A stretch of DNA of 64,000 nt from Parasitella parasitica NRRL 2501 (Eukaryota > Fungi > Mucoromycota): contig MU619354.1 of assembly GCA_025201805.1 (NCBI GenBank), forward strand, positions 1 to 64,000, read 5' to 3'. The first letter of the stretch is position 1. Each line of letters starts with the position of its first letter. Shown piece by piece: positions 51,945 to 64,000 of this stretch. The position numbers and the translations under genes are program-made. The notes below the pieces were generated by a model that was not told where the DNA came from, ran no database searches, and worked only from the letters and a program-made list of their open reading frames with translations.

Positions 51945-53260
51945 TTGACAGCTGGCGCGGTAGCTCCTCCAACCTTTCTCTTCTTAGAAGGCTCGGTTCT
52001 TTTTCGACGTCTAGCGCTAATCTTTACCGTTAACCATAACTGTACTACTGTTCATGACATCTTGACATCTTGACACACATCATGAGTTTATATCTTTCAG
52101 CTTCTGAGTTTCTTTATCGTCAGAGGTTATTAAATTCTAGATGTAATTTAATTGATGTGCTGGGGGGCTCTATATTAAAATATTCTAATATTAACTCAGT
52201 ATTACACATGAGGTAATGTCTGTGCAGTTCTGAACTACAATTATTATTGGCTAAGAATAACTTTTACTCTTTTAAGATACAAGCTGTAAAGACAGGTATG
52301 TAGCTATTAAGCTATTAAACGTAGAGATTAGGTCAGCCTATTTGGACCGACTATAAACAAAGATTTCTGAATGGATGAGGGGTTGATTTTATGAAAATTC
52401 GTGGATTATTGAAGAATTGAGAACCAACGCGAGTATATTATTTTCATCTAACTTATTTTGATTACTATCATTACCTTCAAATTTACGTTTAAATTTTTCG
52501 AACTTTCACCAAGCCATGCCTCACGCAAGCACCTGTCTAGATATAACGTATTTGTATCCATCAGCAAGCCTTTTATATAGGGTGCAGGCACAGAAACTAT
52601 TTGTCGTGCTAAATGCGATTGGAATACACCCGGTTTGTGCTTCAGAGATGGAATCATTAGTCGATCAAGAGCCGATAACTTCATGATGCGTGGTGTTGCC
52701 TTGGGTGAGATACCTGCTATTGTATCATCATATAAAGCTGGTTGCTTAAAGTACGTTAGTCCTATATAACCATTAGCTTTTAATAATACAGAACTTACTG
52801 AAGACATTTTTGGTAAAGAAGAAGCTGAGGGCCTCTTAAGGTGTGCTGTGCAGTCTAATTCGGATAAAGACATGCAGAATGACTTGATTACCAGCAAAAG
52901 ATAGGTGAAGTGTTCGTTGATCACCGACTCTGCTTTGATAACTAACAACAAATATAAGGTCAAAACTGATCAAGAAATGTATTATTTATTGTTATTTTGC
53001 CATTCTAGCATTTTCACCAAATCATTGCTAATATCAATGCTAACGCCAGAGATGTTAATGGAAGTCGGGCTGATATCTCTTTAATGAGTATTTGATATGG
53101 CTCGCACTCTTGGCCATGATAACAGTGATCAATTTAGTATCACTCGTGAGAATTTTGGCTGATCCATATTCTTATAAACGATATCTCGAAAGCACATCAG
53201 GAATCAATTGCTGCTTGATTATGAATAGTGAATCGTTTTTCAAAAGGTTCATTGAATTTT
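51945..53260 (-). pseudogene. Degenerate ORF relic, probably repeat/transposon-derived
   Basis: Interrupted protein-like reading (52448-52963 and neighbours) with stops, ending in basic RRRKRTEPSKKRKV; no family recognised. Confidence 0.3.
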
Positions 53261-53691
53261 ATTCGTCGTCTATTGTATCGATTAGATAACTCTGTTGAAC
53301 ATTTTAGTATTTTTTTTTACTTGTGGGAGTAAACATACAATGATACCTGACCAATTATCATAAAAAATGATTTCCAAGAAGAGCGAATGCGGTGTAACAG
53401 ATCTCTATTAGAAACTGTTCAGCACATTTGTTAATTTCAACTGGCTGACCATGACACCGAGGATAAGAGGCGGATGTCAAAAAGTATGTGCATGTGCATA
53501 CGCCCAAGATGGTGCATACACATGGATTTTATAGTACTAGCCTGCCCATAACGATATGTGGTAAATTGATGTGCATGTGCTATATTTTGACTGCAAATGT
53601 ATACAATAGCACAAGCATACTACAGAAAGCTGGTGGTCAAAGATACAAATGTTGAAAACTCCCGTTTATTGTCTATACTATAGGAACATCT

Positions 53692-55087
53692 CTAATTTTC
53701 ATGCAACTTCCATTCGTAAACTTCAACTGTATAATCTAAAAGACCTAATACAAGCTCATCTTGACCATCTGCATTTATGTCGCCCAAAGTAATTGCGTGC
53801 GGCCAATCTGAGGTACGGATATGTGAAATTTGCTGTAGAGTACCAGGTCAGCATGACTGTATATTCAAAACCATCATTCAAGATGCTTTACCTTTCCGTT
53901 TTGATAGACCAACACCTCGTTAGAATGGCCGGTGCAAAGAATCATATCCGTTTCACTCTCTTCTAATGTTGATGGACGAAATCGCATGATTCGCTCAAGA
54001 CAAAACCCTATCCTGAACCATCGAAAGATCTATCGCAAGTTTGTTGGCCATTTTGACCATGATCCTTGTGTTCTGCTGCATTTACCTCGAAATCTATCAT
54101 AATATATACACATCCGTCCTTTCCAGCCAACAGCACTTGCTGAAAGTCTAATTTATGTGGCTCGGTGCTCTTTTTGTGGCTATTAGGAACAAAGCGTCTC
54201 AAATCGTTCGAGTTCAAAAAATTCCCTGCACAAAGCTGTCTTTTTGTCAAAACAAAAAAAAAAAAAGGAAAATGCTCTTACATCAAGTACCTACTGAGTG
54301 AATTACACTTGGTGATCTTATTGATTGTATTCTCTCTCCATTCTGTATGAAATGCACCAAGGGCCAACCATCGCACACTAAAAGACATGCCATATTCATT
54401 CCAAACCTATCCTTTAATACTGTTGAAAGTGTGCAACGAATTGATGGTGATTTACGTCCTGTCTGAAATCAAATAAAAAGCCATTAGGGGTTTGTTGTTT
54501 GAAAGAAGTCGTATCATTATCTTACCACACCCAATGTTGCTAGCTTTGCTGATTCTTCTGATATGTTCATCTTCCATAAAGCCTCATGCTGCTGAAAACT
54601 CGTCAGATTACCATTGATATCGCCTGCAATAATCTCACATCCTCCTGCCAAGTCGCTGTGGATATTCAGATCTGTAATTGCAGATCCAAAATCCCGCTTA
54701 CTCAGAATCTGTTGTCGAGAAAATAATGTAACAATACCATCGCAATCGCCAACAGCAAGATCCAAAGCTCCAAATCCAGTTAAATCATGTAATAAAATCG
54801 ATTGAATTGAACCTCCCTTGGTTTCTAAAAGTCCTTCTACAGGCTACATTATCAGCGTATAGTCCTTTATTAGCAACTCATCACCGTTTATTTTATGTAC
54901 TTATTGTTACCTTTGTCTGGTTTAGGATAAGGACGCGTCCAGCTGTTGTGCCAATTAAAATATCATTTTCTTCACTGAGTTCCTCTAGAAATGGCTTTCC
55001 AACAGCTAAACAGTTGATTGAATCAGATAGCTTATTCACCCATAGCTTTCGAAACTCCAATTTAAACTTATTTCCTTGTGAGTCCAT
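53692..55087 (-). CDS. FG-GAP-like beta-propeller protein (ITFG2/BBS2-like superfamily), multi-exon
   Basis: MDSQGNKF...INCLAVG...DILIGTTAGRV; LHDLTGFGALDLAVGDCDG; EIIAGDINGNL; QVLLAGKDG; PHAITLGDINADGQDELVLGLLDYTVEVY*; canonical introns. Confidence 0.75.
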
Positions 55088-55496
55088 ATAAATATGATAA
55101 CATACGAAGACAGAAGAGTCATCAACCGTGACACATTCAAAGCAAAGTTCTGAATGAATTGCTTTGAACTACCGATACTAGAAAACATTTTGATAGGATT
55201 TGAAAATCTATCACAGGTCAAGCAATGCCAAGGTCTTGAATGATGTGATTTCATGCCAATAGTGGTAGATCTCTTGTTCTGAGAGTAAAGTTCAGCGCTC
55301 TACTACCAGATCTATGTACAGGACACCGAAATCCCTAATGAACCAGGAACAAGTGTCAGCATTGTCCAGGAGAAATTTTAGCCATTTTTGTTAACCTTAA
55401 ATAAAATATGGAGTGGCTTAACCATTGACATTGTGAAATAGATTTTTTATCAATATTTTTTATTGTTTCAACTTTCTCATTATACTTTAAATCGAT

Positions 55497-56275
55497 ATGG
55501 TCAGGTAAGGCTGCGTCAATATCCAGTAATGCCTATGTTTTTTTTAATCAGCCGAATATTGCTAGTTTTCAATGTGATGGTTGTGGCGATGTCGTCAAGA
55601 AACCCAAGTTAAATCAACATGGCAATCGCTGTTTTGCTACTTTCACCTGTATTGATTGCTCTACAACTTTTCAAGGCACATCTTATCAATCACACAACTC
55701 TTGTATGACTGAAGCAGAGAAATTTCAAAAACATATCTACCAAGCCAAAGTGAGATTGATAGTGTTTCTTTAGAAAAAAAGGTAGTTGATGTTTTATTTT
55801 TTTTAATACAGAATGCTCCTACAGCACCTGTCAAGAAGAAGTCTGATCCCAAGCAAGCAGCTCCTTCTACTAGCAAGCCGATTTCTATTATTGATCAATT
55901 GAATGAAAAAAAAAGGAAAAACGATAGCAAAGAGGAAGAAAGAGTGAAGCCCAAGTCTAAAAAGACAAAGAACAGCAATTTATCAGCATGGAGTCCTGAT
56001 GAACTTGACAAGGACGAATCCAAGAATTTAACAAATGCACTGAAGCATATATTAAAGGGAAACGTAAGTAAATTTTGTGTGTTTTTAGAGGGATTTCAGT
56101 ATTTTTTAATTCGTCTAAATAGAAATCATTACCATTGAAAGATGTCCGTAAAAAGACGATTGAATTAATCGAAAAGCACCCTAAATTCGAGAAATCAGAA
56201 AAATCTGAATTGAAGAAGAACTTCGACAAGCAGTTTAGTTTGACATTGAAAGACGACATCATTACATTTTCATAA
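55497..56275 (+). CDS. LYAR: LYAR-type C2HC zinc-finger nucleolar protein
   Basis: MVS|FQCDGCGDVVKKPKLNQHGNRCFATFTCIDCSTTFQGTSYQSHNSCMTEAEKFQ; Lys-rich middle; 4 exons. Confidence 0.9.
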
Positions 56276-57637
56276 AATAAAACTTTAGATCTCGGGAATA
56301 TTTGAGTTTTATGTGTTTGCTGTGATGATAGTTGCCAGTGGATGATTTAGATAATTCACCTATTGCCATATGAACTGACTGTACTAAAAATTGCTTGTTT
56401 ATTACTATTTTCAACAATCAATTTTTTTTATTATGGAAGCAGTTATAAAACCAACTATCAAATCGTAACTGAGCAAAACCAAGTGCTGGCGCTAGTGTCG
56501 CTAGAGTGAAATCAGCAATAAATGATAAGCACATGTAACAAATGTCAGTCAATCGAATTGTCATTAAAGCACTTTTTAGGCGATTAATTTATTTTACGTG
56601 GCTATCATCATCAGGAAAAGAAACAATCTGATGGTCAAGTCAGAAAAATAACTTTGGCCGAATATAAGCGCAAGCTCATTTGTGCAGCTTACAACCCAAT
56701 ATAACGAGAGTGTTCTTTGTGTGCCTTACATATAAATGTTTTTAAAATCAAAGCATGATGAATGCAAACTTTGATAGTTTCAACATAGTACAATAGGCAA
56801 ATTATTATTCTTATCTTGCCCAAGATCTACAGGTACTCATGCAGCAATGCTTCAAAAAAAAATTTTCATATTAATGTTGGAAATGCTAGACAAGGCTACT
56901 CCCGTCATAAATTTGGGAGGTTTTGATTTCGATTAATCGATAACAGCATAGTTCTAGCTGTTATAAAACGCTGTTACAGATATGGTATTATTCTGGCGCT
57001 TCTACAGCGTGTTGGCGCTCTTGATCTTAGCGATCGAATTTAATCTTGCTTGTATACAAACAAACGTCTTTAGTTTATTTATTTTTCATCTCAAATTGTA
57101 TGAAATCTCAAGTATGTCTAATTTTCGTGTCATTATTATTGCTGCTACTAGAGATTCTCAAGCTTCAGACAGTAACCTACTGCTACTATGCAGCACTAAG
57201 CAAGTTGTCTACTATGCATGTTAAACTCAGCATTATCTGCACAGTTCAAGGACATTTATCCCTGCAAAGCTCAATAAATGCCACAATTTTTTTTTTGCCT
57301 TGGTGCCCTATTTTTATTAAACATAGATTACGATTATTCAGTTCAATTTGATGATTATCACAAATTTTAAAGGAAATTCTATTATATCGTTTTTTTTAAA
57401 CCAAAAATTCAATTTTAAACGAGGGAAATCTCCATGATCGAGGAAGACACATACAATTTTATTTGTTTTCTCTAGTTATTTTTTTTTCCTCGGTTCACCT
57501 AATGTTTTAGTTTGTTGAAGGAAGGATTACAATCAAAAATAACTTCCTTTTTTCGTTTTTCGTATTTTTTCTGCTGTCAAAAGGAAAAAGTATTGATAAG
57601 TTAAAAAACAACATCAACTACAAAATCGAGACAAAAT

Positions 57638-60318
57638 ATGCCAAATATTGATTTGGCTTTCAAGCCTGTCAGTGATCAAGCAGGACGCATGGTAGAGAAT
57701 TCATGGAAACGAATTTTAGCTATTGCACAAAATCATGTACAAGATTTCGAACAAGAAGACGATGCTGGCGATATATCACAAAGGAGCTCAAACGATACCA
57801 GACGATCAAGATATAGTGCAAATTCAAGCGATGCAAATAATCGGATACACTCCTCAGATCAGAGTCAAACAGATTTTTATGACAGAGAAAGGCATATGGT
57901 ACATGCATTAGATACCTTGTTCACGCTGGCTTATGAAGGTATTGTTTGATTGTGTTAAAAGGTACCATATTAATCGTTCTGTAGGGCCCGGCTACCTCGC
58001 TTTCATTGCCACTATTACTAGCAATTTAGATCCTGATAGCCCAGTTGCAATGGCATTTTTAAGCCATATTATTGACAGAGCAGCATTACCTTCAAGACAA
58101 ACCATGGCTTCAGTCTCACCGGTTATTATTTCTAAATTAAACAAAAAGCCTGGTCGTATTCAACGCATGATTTCACTCATTTCGGGGCGTTATAAGATTG
58201 AAAGATCAGCGAGCAAAAGAGAAGCACTTCGCAACCAAATATTTCACAACACAACCAATCCACCCACAACATCAACCTTTATGTCAACTGTCCAAAATTC
58301 TGAGCAAACTAAATTACGACTGAATGCAGCTATTCTCTGGTCTCTTCTCGCAGAAAAATTTGCTGGTGAAATGTGCTTATCGCTTTGGCATCAAGATGTA
58401 GGTGACATGCTAATGAGATCAATATCTGATCCGCAAGAAGATTTGATGGTTCGCATATTTTCATTATTGGCTCTTGAAAAATTTGCATTGACAGGCACTG
58501 TCAAAGATATCATTCTTGCGCATGATTTCAACATTCGACAGGTATTGCTATCTGTAGTAAAAGAGTGCGAAATTGCAAACGAACGTATTTATGCTCTGGC
58601 TTCATCTGAAAATGAAGAAAAACTAATATCCGTAAAACCCTTGACTTCTTTGACATTATCTTCGTTGACGAGCATGTGTTCAGCTGGTGTCGCAACTACG
58701 GCAGGAGCAGGAGATCAAGTGCCGGCATTTTCTAATCTCAATAGCTTCGACTCAAGATTTATTCCTCCAAAAGGTCCATTGCGTGAAGAGTGGGCAAAGT
58801 ATGTTCAGTTAGGGTTATGCTCAAGGTGGGCTTTAGATCATGTATTTATAGATGGCAAAAAGGTAATTTAACACTGTCTGAAAGATAATCTAGGCTAATA
58901 ACGACCTTGTAGATTACTTGTCCTTGGGATCTAAGGAATTTAAAGGTGATTATGAATCCATTTGATTCTACACCACATCTAAAGATTGGAGGCAATGGAT
59001 TAGAGGTAAATAGCGTTTTTAGAAACAATGAAGCAATCTACTGATGCACACAACTTAGCTTCGCAATGATCGACCTCATTTCGAATCAGTAAGGGCAACC
59101 GCATGTGTAAAAAGAGAAAAGTGGTACTATGAGACACTCCTATTAAGTAACGGTATCATGCAAATTGGTTGGGCTACAAGTAGGTGTAGATTTTCTCCAG
59201 AAGAAGGCTATGGTGTAGGCGATGACTGTGTAAGTATATATTAGATATTTAATACGTATGATTAACTGATATCATCCAGAATGGTTTTGCATTTGATACC
59301 TATAGAACAGCTGTATGGGCAGATGGCTCAGCTGTCTATCCCCAGAGTAAAGTTAAAATTAGATGCCAGGCAGGTGATGTGATAGGAAGCTTCCTTGATT
59401 TGGATAACGGATTTTGCTCATATTATATCAATGGACGTGACCTCGGCCTTACAGTAGAATTTGAGCATCCCAACAGAAAAAAGCACCATAGCCAAAACTC
59501 GCATCAGCATAGACAACAGCAACCGCATCGTAAAAGTTCAGAGACATCACCAAGATCTTCCAACGTAAGCGAATCCACCACAACCACCTCAACAATTCAT
59601 AGCATAAGTAACTCTTCTCCTAAAACAACCATATCTTCATCACCAACTACTTCGAATCCTTCACCTCGACTAATAGAAGCAGCAGCAAAGCGCAGCAGTA
59701 AAAAACCAGCTAAAGGTTTGGGCCTCTACCCCGCCATTAGCCTAACAACACATCAACAGGCACTAGTTAATTTTGGAGAAAAAGCATGGATATATCCACC
59801 GCCTACCACAGCAAAGTTTAAGGGCATTAATGAAGCAGGTGCATTAGACGGTACTTTCGAGAATCGAGTAATGCGCTGGGTCAAAAAAAGAGGAGTAACA
59901 TCGCACGGTAAATCATATCAACCCATGAATAAACCACCTCTTCGTCCTCGTGTGGGTGCAGATGAGATATTCCAAGAAGAATCTCCAGATTCTGATAGTA
60001 CAACCGAAGTAGAAGAGGAAGAGGAAGAAGATTATGATTGGGATGGTCCTTTATGTACAATTTGTTTCTCTGAACCAAAAGACACTATGCTAATGCCTTG
60101 TAAACATGATGGCATTGGCGGTCGCTGTGCTAAAGTATTGAAATTATGGTAATTTAGCATTTGTATCTGAAAAAAAACAATTTTAACATCTAACCTTAAA
60201 TTTCCATAGCCCTTTATGCCGCACAGAAATTCATGATAGAGTTTCAGCTACGACAATGACTAAAACCACCATAACTACAATTGTTGTTGTCGAAGAACAA
60301 GTTGTACCAACATCCTAA
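57638..60318 (+). CDS. RSPRY1: RING finger and SPRY domain-containing protein 1 homologue
   Basis: LAEKFAG, FSLLALEKFALTG, QLGLCSRWALD, LELRNDRPHFESVRAT, WYYETLLLSNGIMQIGWAT, GYGVGDD, GDVIGSFLDLD, NFG; C-terminal RING CTIC...CKH...C...CPLCR. Confidence 0.9.
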
Positions 60319-60993
60319 ATTATAATAAACATTTTTATATTGTACATCTTAATAAGACAATAAAAGACATTTGTATTGTTCCTATTTTAAAATAAAGTCT
60401 CTTTTTTCAACAAACTTTATCACAATATTGCATATTTGAAAAGCCAGCGCTAACCATGTTTGGGATTAATATTTACTTCATCTCGAGCATTCGTATCCTG
60501 CTTTACTTGGTCAGTCGAAAAATCTCAAAAAACATGCAAGTTGACGTAGTATCGAAATCATCGATTTATCAGAAAAGTTAATAGAAATTAATTAGGTGAA
60601 GATCCGTTTATTATATTCGAAATAGAGAGTTTATATACCTCTATGCCCTGAGGGAAGCGATGTGAGGATATGTGAAATTAATAGTATAAAAAAATGCAAA
60701 AAATGCAAAAAATGCTTTTTAAAACTGTTATTTATTTTTTAGATGAAGATCATCAAAATTTCGTTTAAAAACTATCTTTTTACACTCCAACGATAAATGA
60801 TTATGGATATGGACCTAAATTATATTGGATTATTCATCCAGGACGTCTTGGCAGCAAGAATTGAGAAAGAGAGAACCAATGGCAAATTTGACAAGTGTTG
60901 AATTTGCTTCTATTTATTCTAGGTTTATTGGATTACGTCTTCTTAAATCCGTTGATCTGCGCTAATGTAGGTTAGGAGATCATGATAGTTTAC

Positions 60994-61357
60994 TTCAATT
61001 AAAGATTGGAGATTGTCCAATGATGTGTTGTTATACTTGTCGAAACAGGAGAATAAAGTCTTTGTTTCAAATCAAGAAGGTTATCTGTAACACAGATCTG
61101 TATAATTGACAAACAATAAGGTACTGTCAGATCAAAGATCAATAGCCTTATAATATAATAATATATCGTACCCTGTTAACGATATGATGTTGCTTACAAA
61201 TTATTCTTATCGATTAGTATCGACTAGTATTTTAAATAAGTCACCAAAAATTTATGTTGTTGTAAAAAGTATAAATAGCAGATGCAAAGTTGAATCTTAA
61301 TAAAGTAATCTCAAGTTTTCGTATCTCGTTAATTCAATGTTTTATATTATACTTTTC
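60994..61357 (+). repeat. Dispersed repeat, direct copy of ~516-880
   Basis: Same collinear blocks as 516-880. Confidence 0.85.
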
Positions 61358-61540
61358 TTATTTCGAGCTTGCAGATCTCAACATCCATGCTAGCCTGGTC
61401 TTGATGATTGTGTTCTTTGTGGAATATTCTGGGGTAATTTGAAGTCCATATCCATAATATTTACGGAGATTTTGTTTATGCGATAACTGTTGTGCCAGTT
61501 TCAAAGGGCGCAGCGTAATGTTATGTAAATATGATTTGTA

Positions 61541-62220
61541 TAAAGTAATTAAGACTTTTCTGAATAAAACCATACAAAACTGAAGTCTTTTATTGACATA
61601 AGATATGATCTCTATTTATACTAAAATATATCCCAATCAATGTTTATCCACATAACATCTGATGTTTGACAAGAAGTGTCAAACCTTATTAAATCACAGC
61701 ATTTCCAGGACAGACCTATCTTTCTATTTTGCATTAGAGAAGATTGGGTAGGCTTCCCAACATCCCGCGATCTGATCTAGACGTATTCTTTGAATAAGCC
61801 TGGAACCTTGCAAGAGGTCCAATTACAACTTGTAGCTTATTACTTATTTGTAAAAAAATTACCAACAATTAATATCATGATCCGTGCATTATGACTAAGT
61901 TAGATATGACAAATGTAGCCTTTATATGGACACAACAAACTCAGTTCATACTGATCTATAGCAAGATTGTTGTGCCAGGTCTTGAAATTGAGCACAGCAG
62001 GTGATTGTATATGATATAAAGAATATAAGAAAGTAATAAAGACTTAATTTACCAGAAACAAAACTATTGATTTATTGATTGACAAGAAGCTGTCTATTTA
62101 TATTAGAATAAATCTATCTAAATCAATCTATAAAATACAATCAGGTCATGTTTGACATTTAATTGTCAAACAAGCTTATAACAAAGTAGTAGTCAGAGCA
62201 AGACCTATTTCTATATTTAA
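61541..62220 (+). repeat. Degenerate direct duplication (~490-bp period), each copy with a GTTTGAC/GTCAAAC hairpin
   Basis: AAAGTAAT.AAGACTT...ACAAAACT...TCTATTTATA.TA.AATA...ATGTTTGACA-Nx-TGTCAAAC...AGACCTAT at ~61541-61735 and ~62031-62220. Confidence 0.65.
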
Positions 62221-62749
62221 TCAGCTAATCGTTATGAATGCGAATCATTTATCGATAAGTTGAGCTTCGCAATTTAGAATAAGTAGAAACCAAATAGATG
62301 GTTTCTTATACAAGACACTCTATTGAATACTTCTATTTACTAGATAGAATTGCGGAATCGGTATAATTGTTATATTTATTCACGGAAAAAAATATAATAA
62401 AAAAACAATAACGTCAACTTGATAAAGGTGGTGTAGGTTTTTATTATCAAATCGACAGGTGTATAAAAGCTCCAGTTCATCTACTGGCCAGGTAGATGAA
62501 CCTTTATATACTTAAACTGTGGATAAATGTTCTATTCTCGCAATTTAACATGTACGACAATATTGCGTAACTAGCATCTTAAATTTGTGCTAATCAACAT
62601 ATCAGCAGACTCAAGATAACTTAAATCTATTTGAGTGAGGAGATAGACTTTAGCCGAGGTAGTACCCTGATCAATCTTCTATGCGAAGGTTATTAATATC
62701 GACCCATAAGCGTATATCATTCCTTGTATAGTCTTATCCAGTCTATATT

Positions 62750-63140
62750 AATAGTACATGTCTGAGTGTATATCACTTGGTATTCATCTTAGCATATATC
62801 GGTATATGTAGCATGTCTATGGCATGTCACAAGCATATCTATAGCATTGCACATATTGTACAAGTCTTTAGTACATGATGTATCTGTAGCTAGTATCATG
62901 GATATAAGTATATGTCTTGTAGTGCGTATCTAGAAACTGGGAATACGCATCTGAAGCATAAATCTTATATAGCATAAGCTCGTAGCATACACTAGATTTA
63001 GTAAATGTCTAAGGCTCGTGTCGAGATATAAGTATAAGTCTATAGCGTCATCCATCCTAATGGTGTCATCTCTAGCTTACATCTTATATAGTATAAATAT
63101 GTATTGCACATCTTATTATCAGTGCGCATATGTAGTCTAT
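62750..63140. repeat. Highly degenerate minisatellite-like tract (TAGCAT/TAGTACATGTCT-type units)
   Basis: Recurrent tagcat, tagtac, agtata, atgtct, atatct and agtct words at ~11-13-bp spacing. Confidence 0.5.
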
Positions 63141-64000
63141 ATCAATTTAAGGTAACTGGATGAATCTAGAAGTGGAATGCAGATCATCATAGTGAATGTA
63201 TTTCACAAGAATAATAATCGATGCCATTTAACCTTAGATCCAATCAGGAACGGTTGTCATGACAACTGAGTTGAAATAGTGGTAACCATGGTATTCTATG
63301 GATACAACAAAGATAAAGGCTTTAGCGATGAGATCCAGGAGATAGATAGATTATATCTATCCCAAATGTCATGTCATATTATACTATGATCAGACTTTTT
63401 ACTTTTAAGTATGAGTACATATTATTTTGACATCTAGTTTTAAATTTGCTAAATCAATAATATAAAAACGATACCTTTTTTGTACATTTTAAACTTAAAA
63501 ATTTACACGAAATTGTACAGAGGAGTAGAGGTAATATAGAAGAGAAATGCAGAGAAATTTGGTACAATATGGATTGGATTCACGGAAGGTATATGGCAAT
63601 TAAAATGACTACTTTTTGCTGATTACGCTGGATACACATGTCATCCTTACATGTCACAACTGAGAAAAGATAGTGGCACCTTTTGTGAATTCAGCAACGT
63701 ATTTTTCACCTCTACATGTCTCTTAAATGTTAAATTATGAACGATATTGTGATATTCCCAGCAAAATCTCTGCAAAATCATTACCTTTTGCTGATCACTC
63801 TCGATATAAACACCAAAATTACCAGTGGCAAAAAAAATTGATGTTCGAAGTTTCAAATATTTCAACTCCGCATTGCCGTATTTTTTGATTTTTTGGGAGC
63901 AATACGGGTGTTGTATTGTAAATATGAGTATATGGGAAGAAGTTAAACAAAGCTAGTATGATGAGTGTTGGTTACGGAGAATGTAGTGATTTTATTTTCG

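Noticed and set aside
34767-55087. Apparent nutrient-signalling cluster (SPRY adaptor, IGO1, GCN4, ITFG2-like)
   Set aside because: The genes are widely spaced, interleaved with unrelated genes and mobile DNA; coincidence cannot be excluded

Overview
Gene-dense, AT-rich eukaryotic DNA with short GT-AG introns, most consistent with a Mucorales (Mucor-like) fungus. About 21 protein-coding genes are supported: a GH18+CBM19 chitinase, two Zn2Cys6 transcription factors, RTC5, a Gin4/Hsl1-type kinase, UTP12, COX23, RPP1, a PPxY type-I membrane protein, a small complex I subunit, MTG2, RPP0, a His-periodic coiled-coil protein, an Ssh4/Ear1-like SPRY protein, an endosulfine IGO1 missed by the ORF track, a 4-TM protein, an orphan ORF, a GCN4/cpcA bZIP with two uORFs, a LaeA-like methyltransferase, an FG-GAP-like beta-propeller, LYAR and RSPRY1. 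Mobile DNA includes a young 5'-truncated L1-type LINE with poly(A) and an 18-bp TSD, a MULE relic and dispersed repeats at both ends. It also includes a ~1.95-kb element with hairpin-tipped inverted repeats enclosing a decayed Rpn-like PD-(D/E)XK nuclease ORF, which is the best candidate for an undescribed system. Also notable: the P0 and P1 ribosomal stalk genes share 5'-UTR introns with CAUC clusters, and a near-perfect RFX X-box palindrome lies between UTP12 and COX23. All calls come from reading the sequence and recalled motifs; no searches were run.
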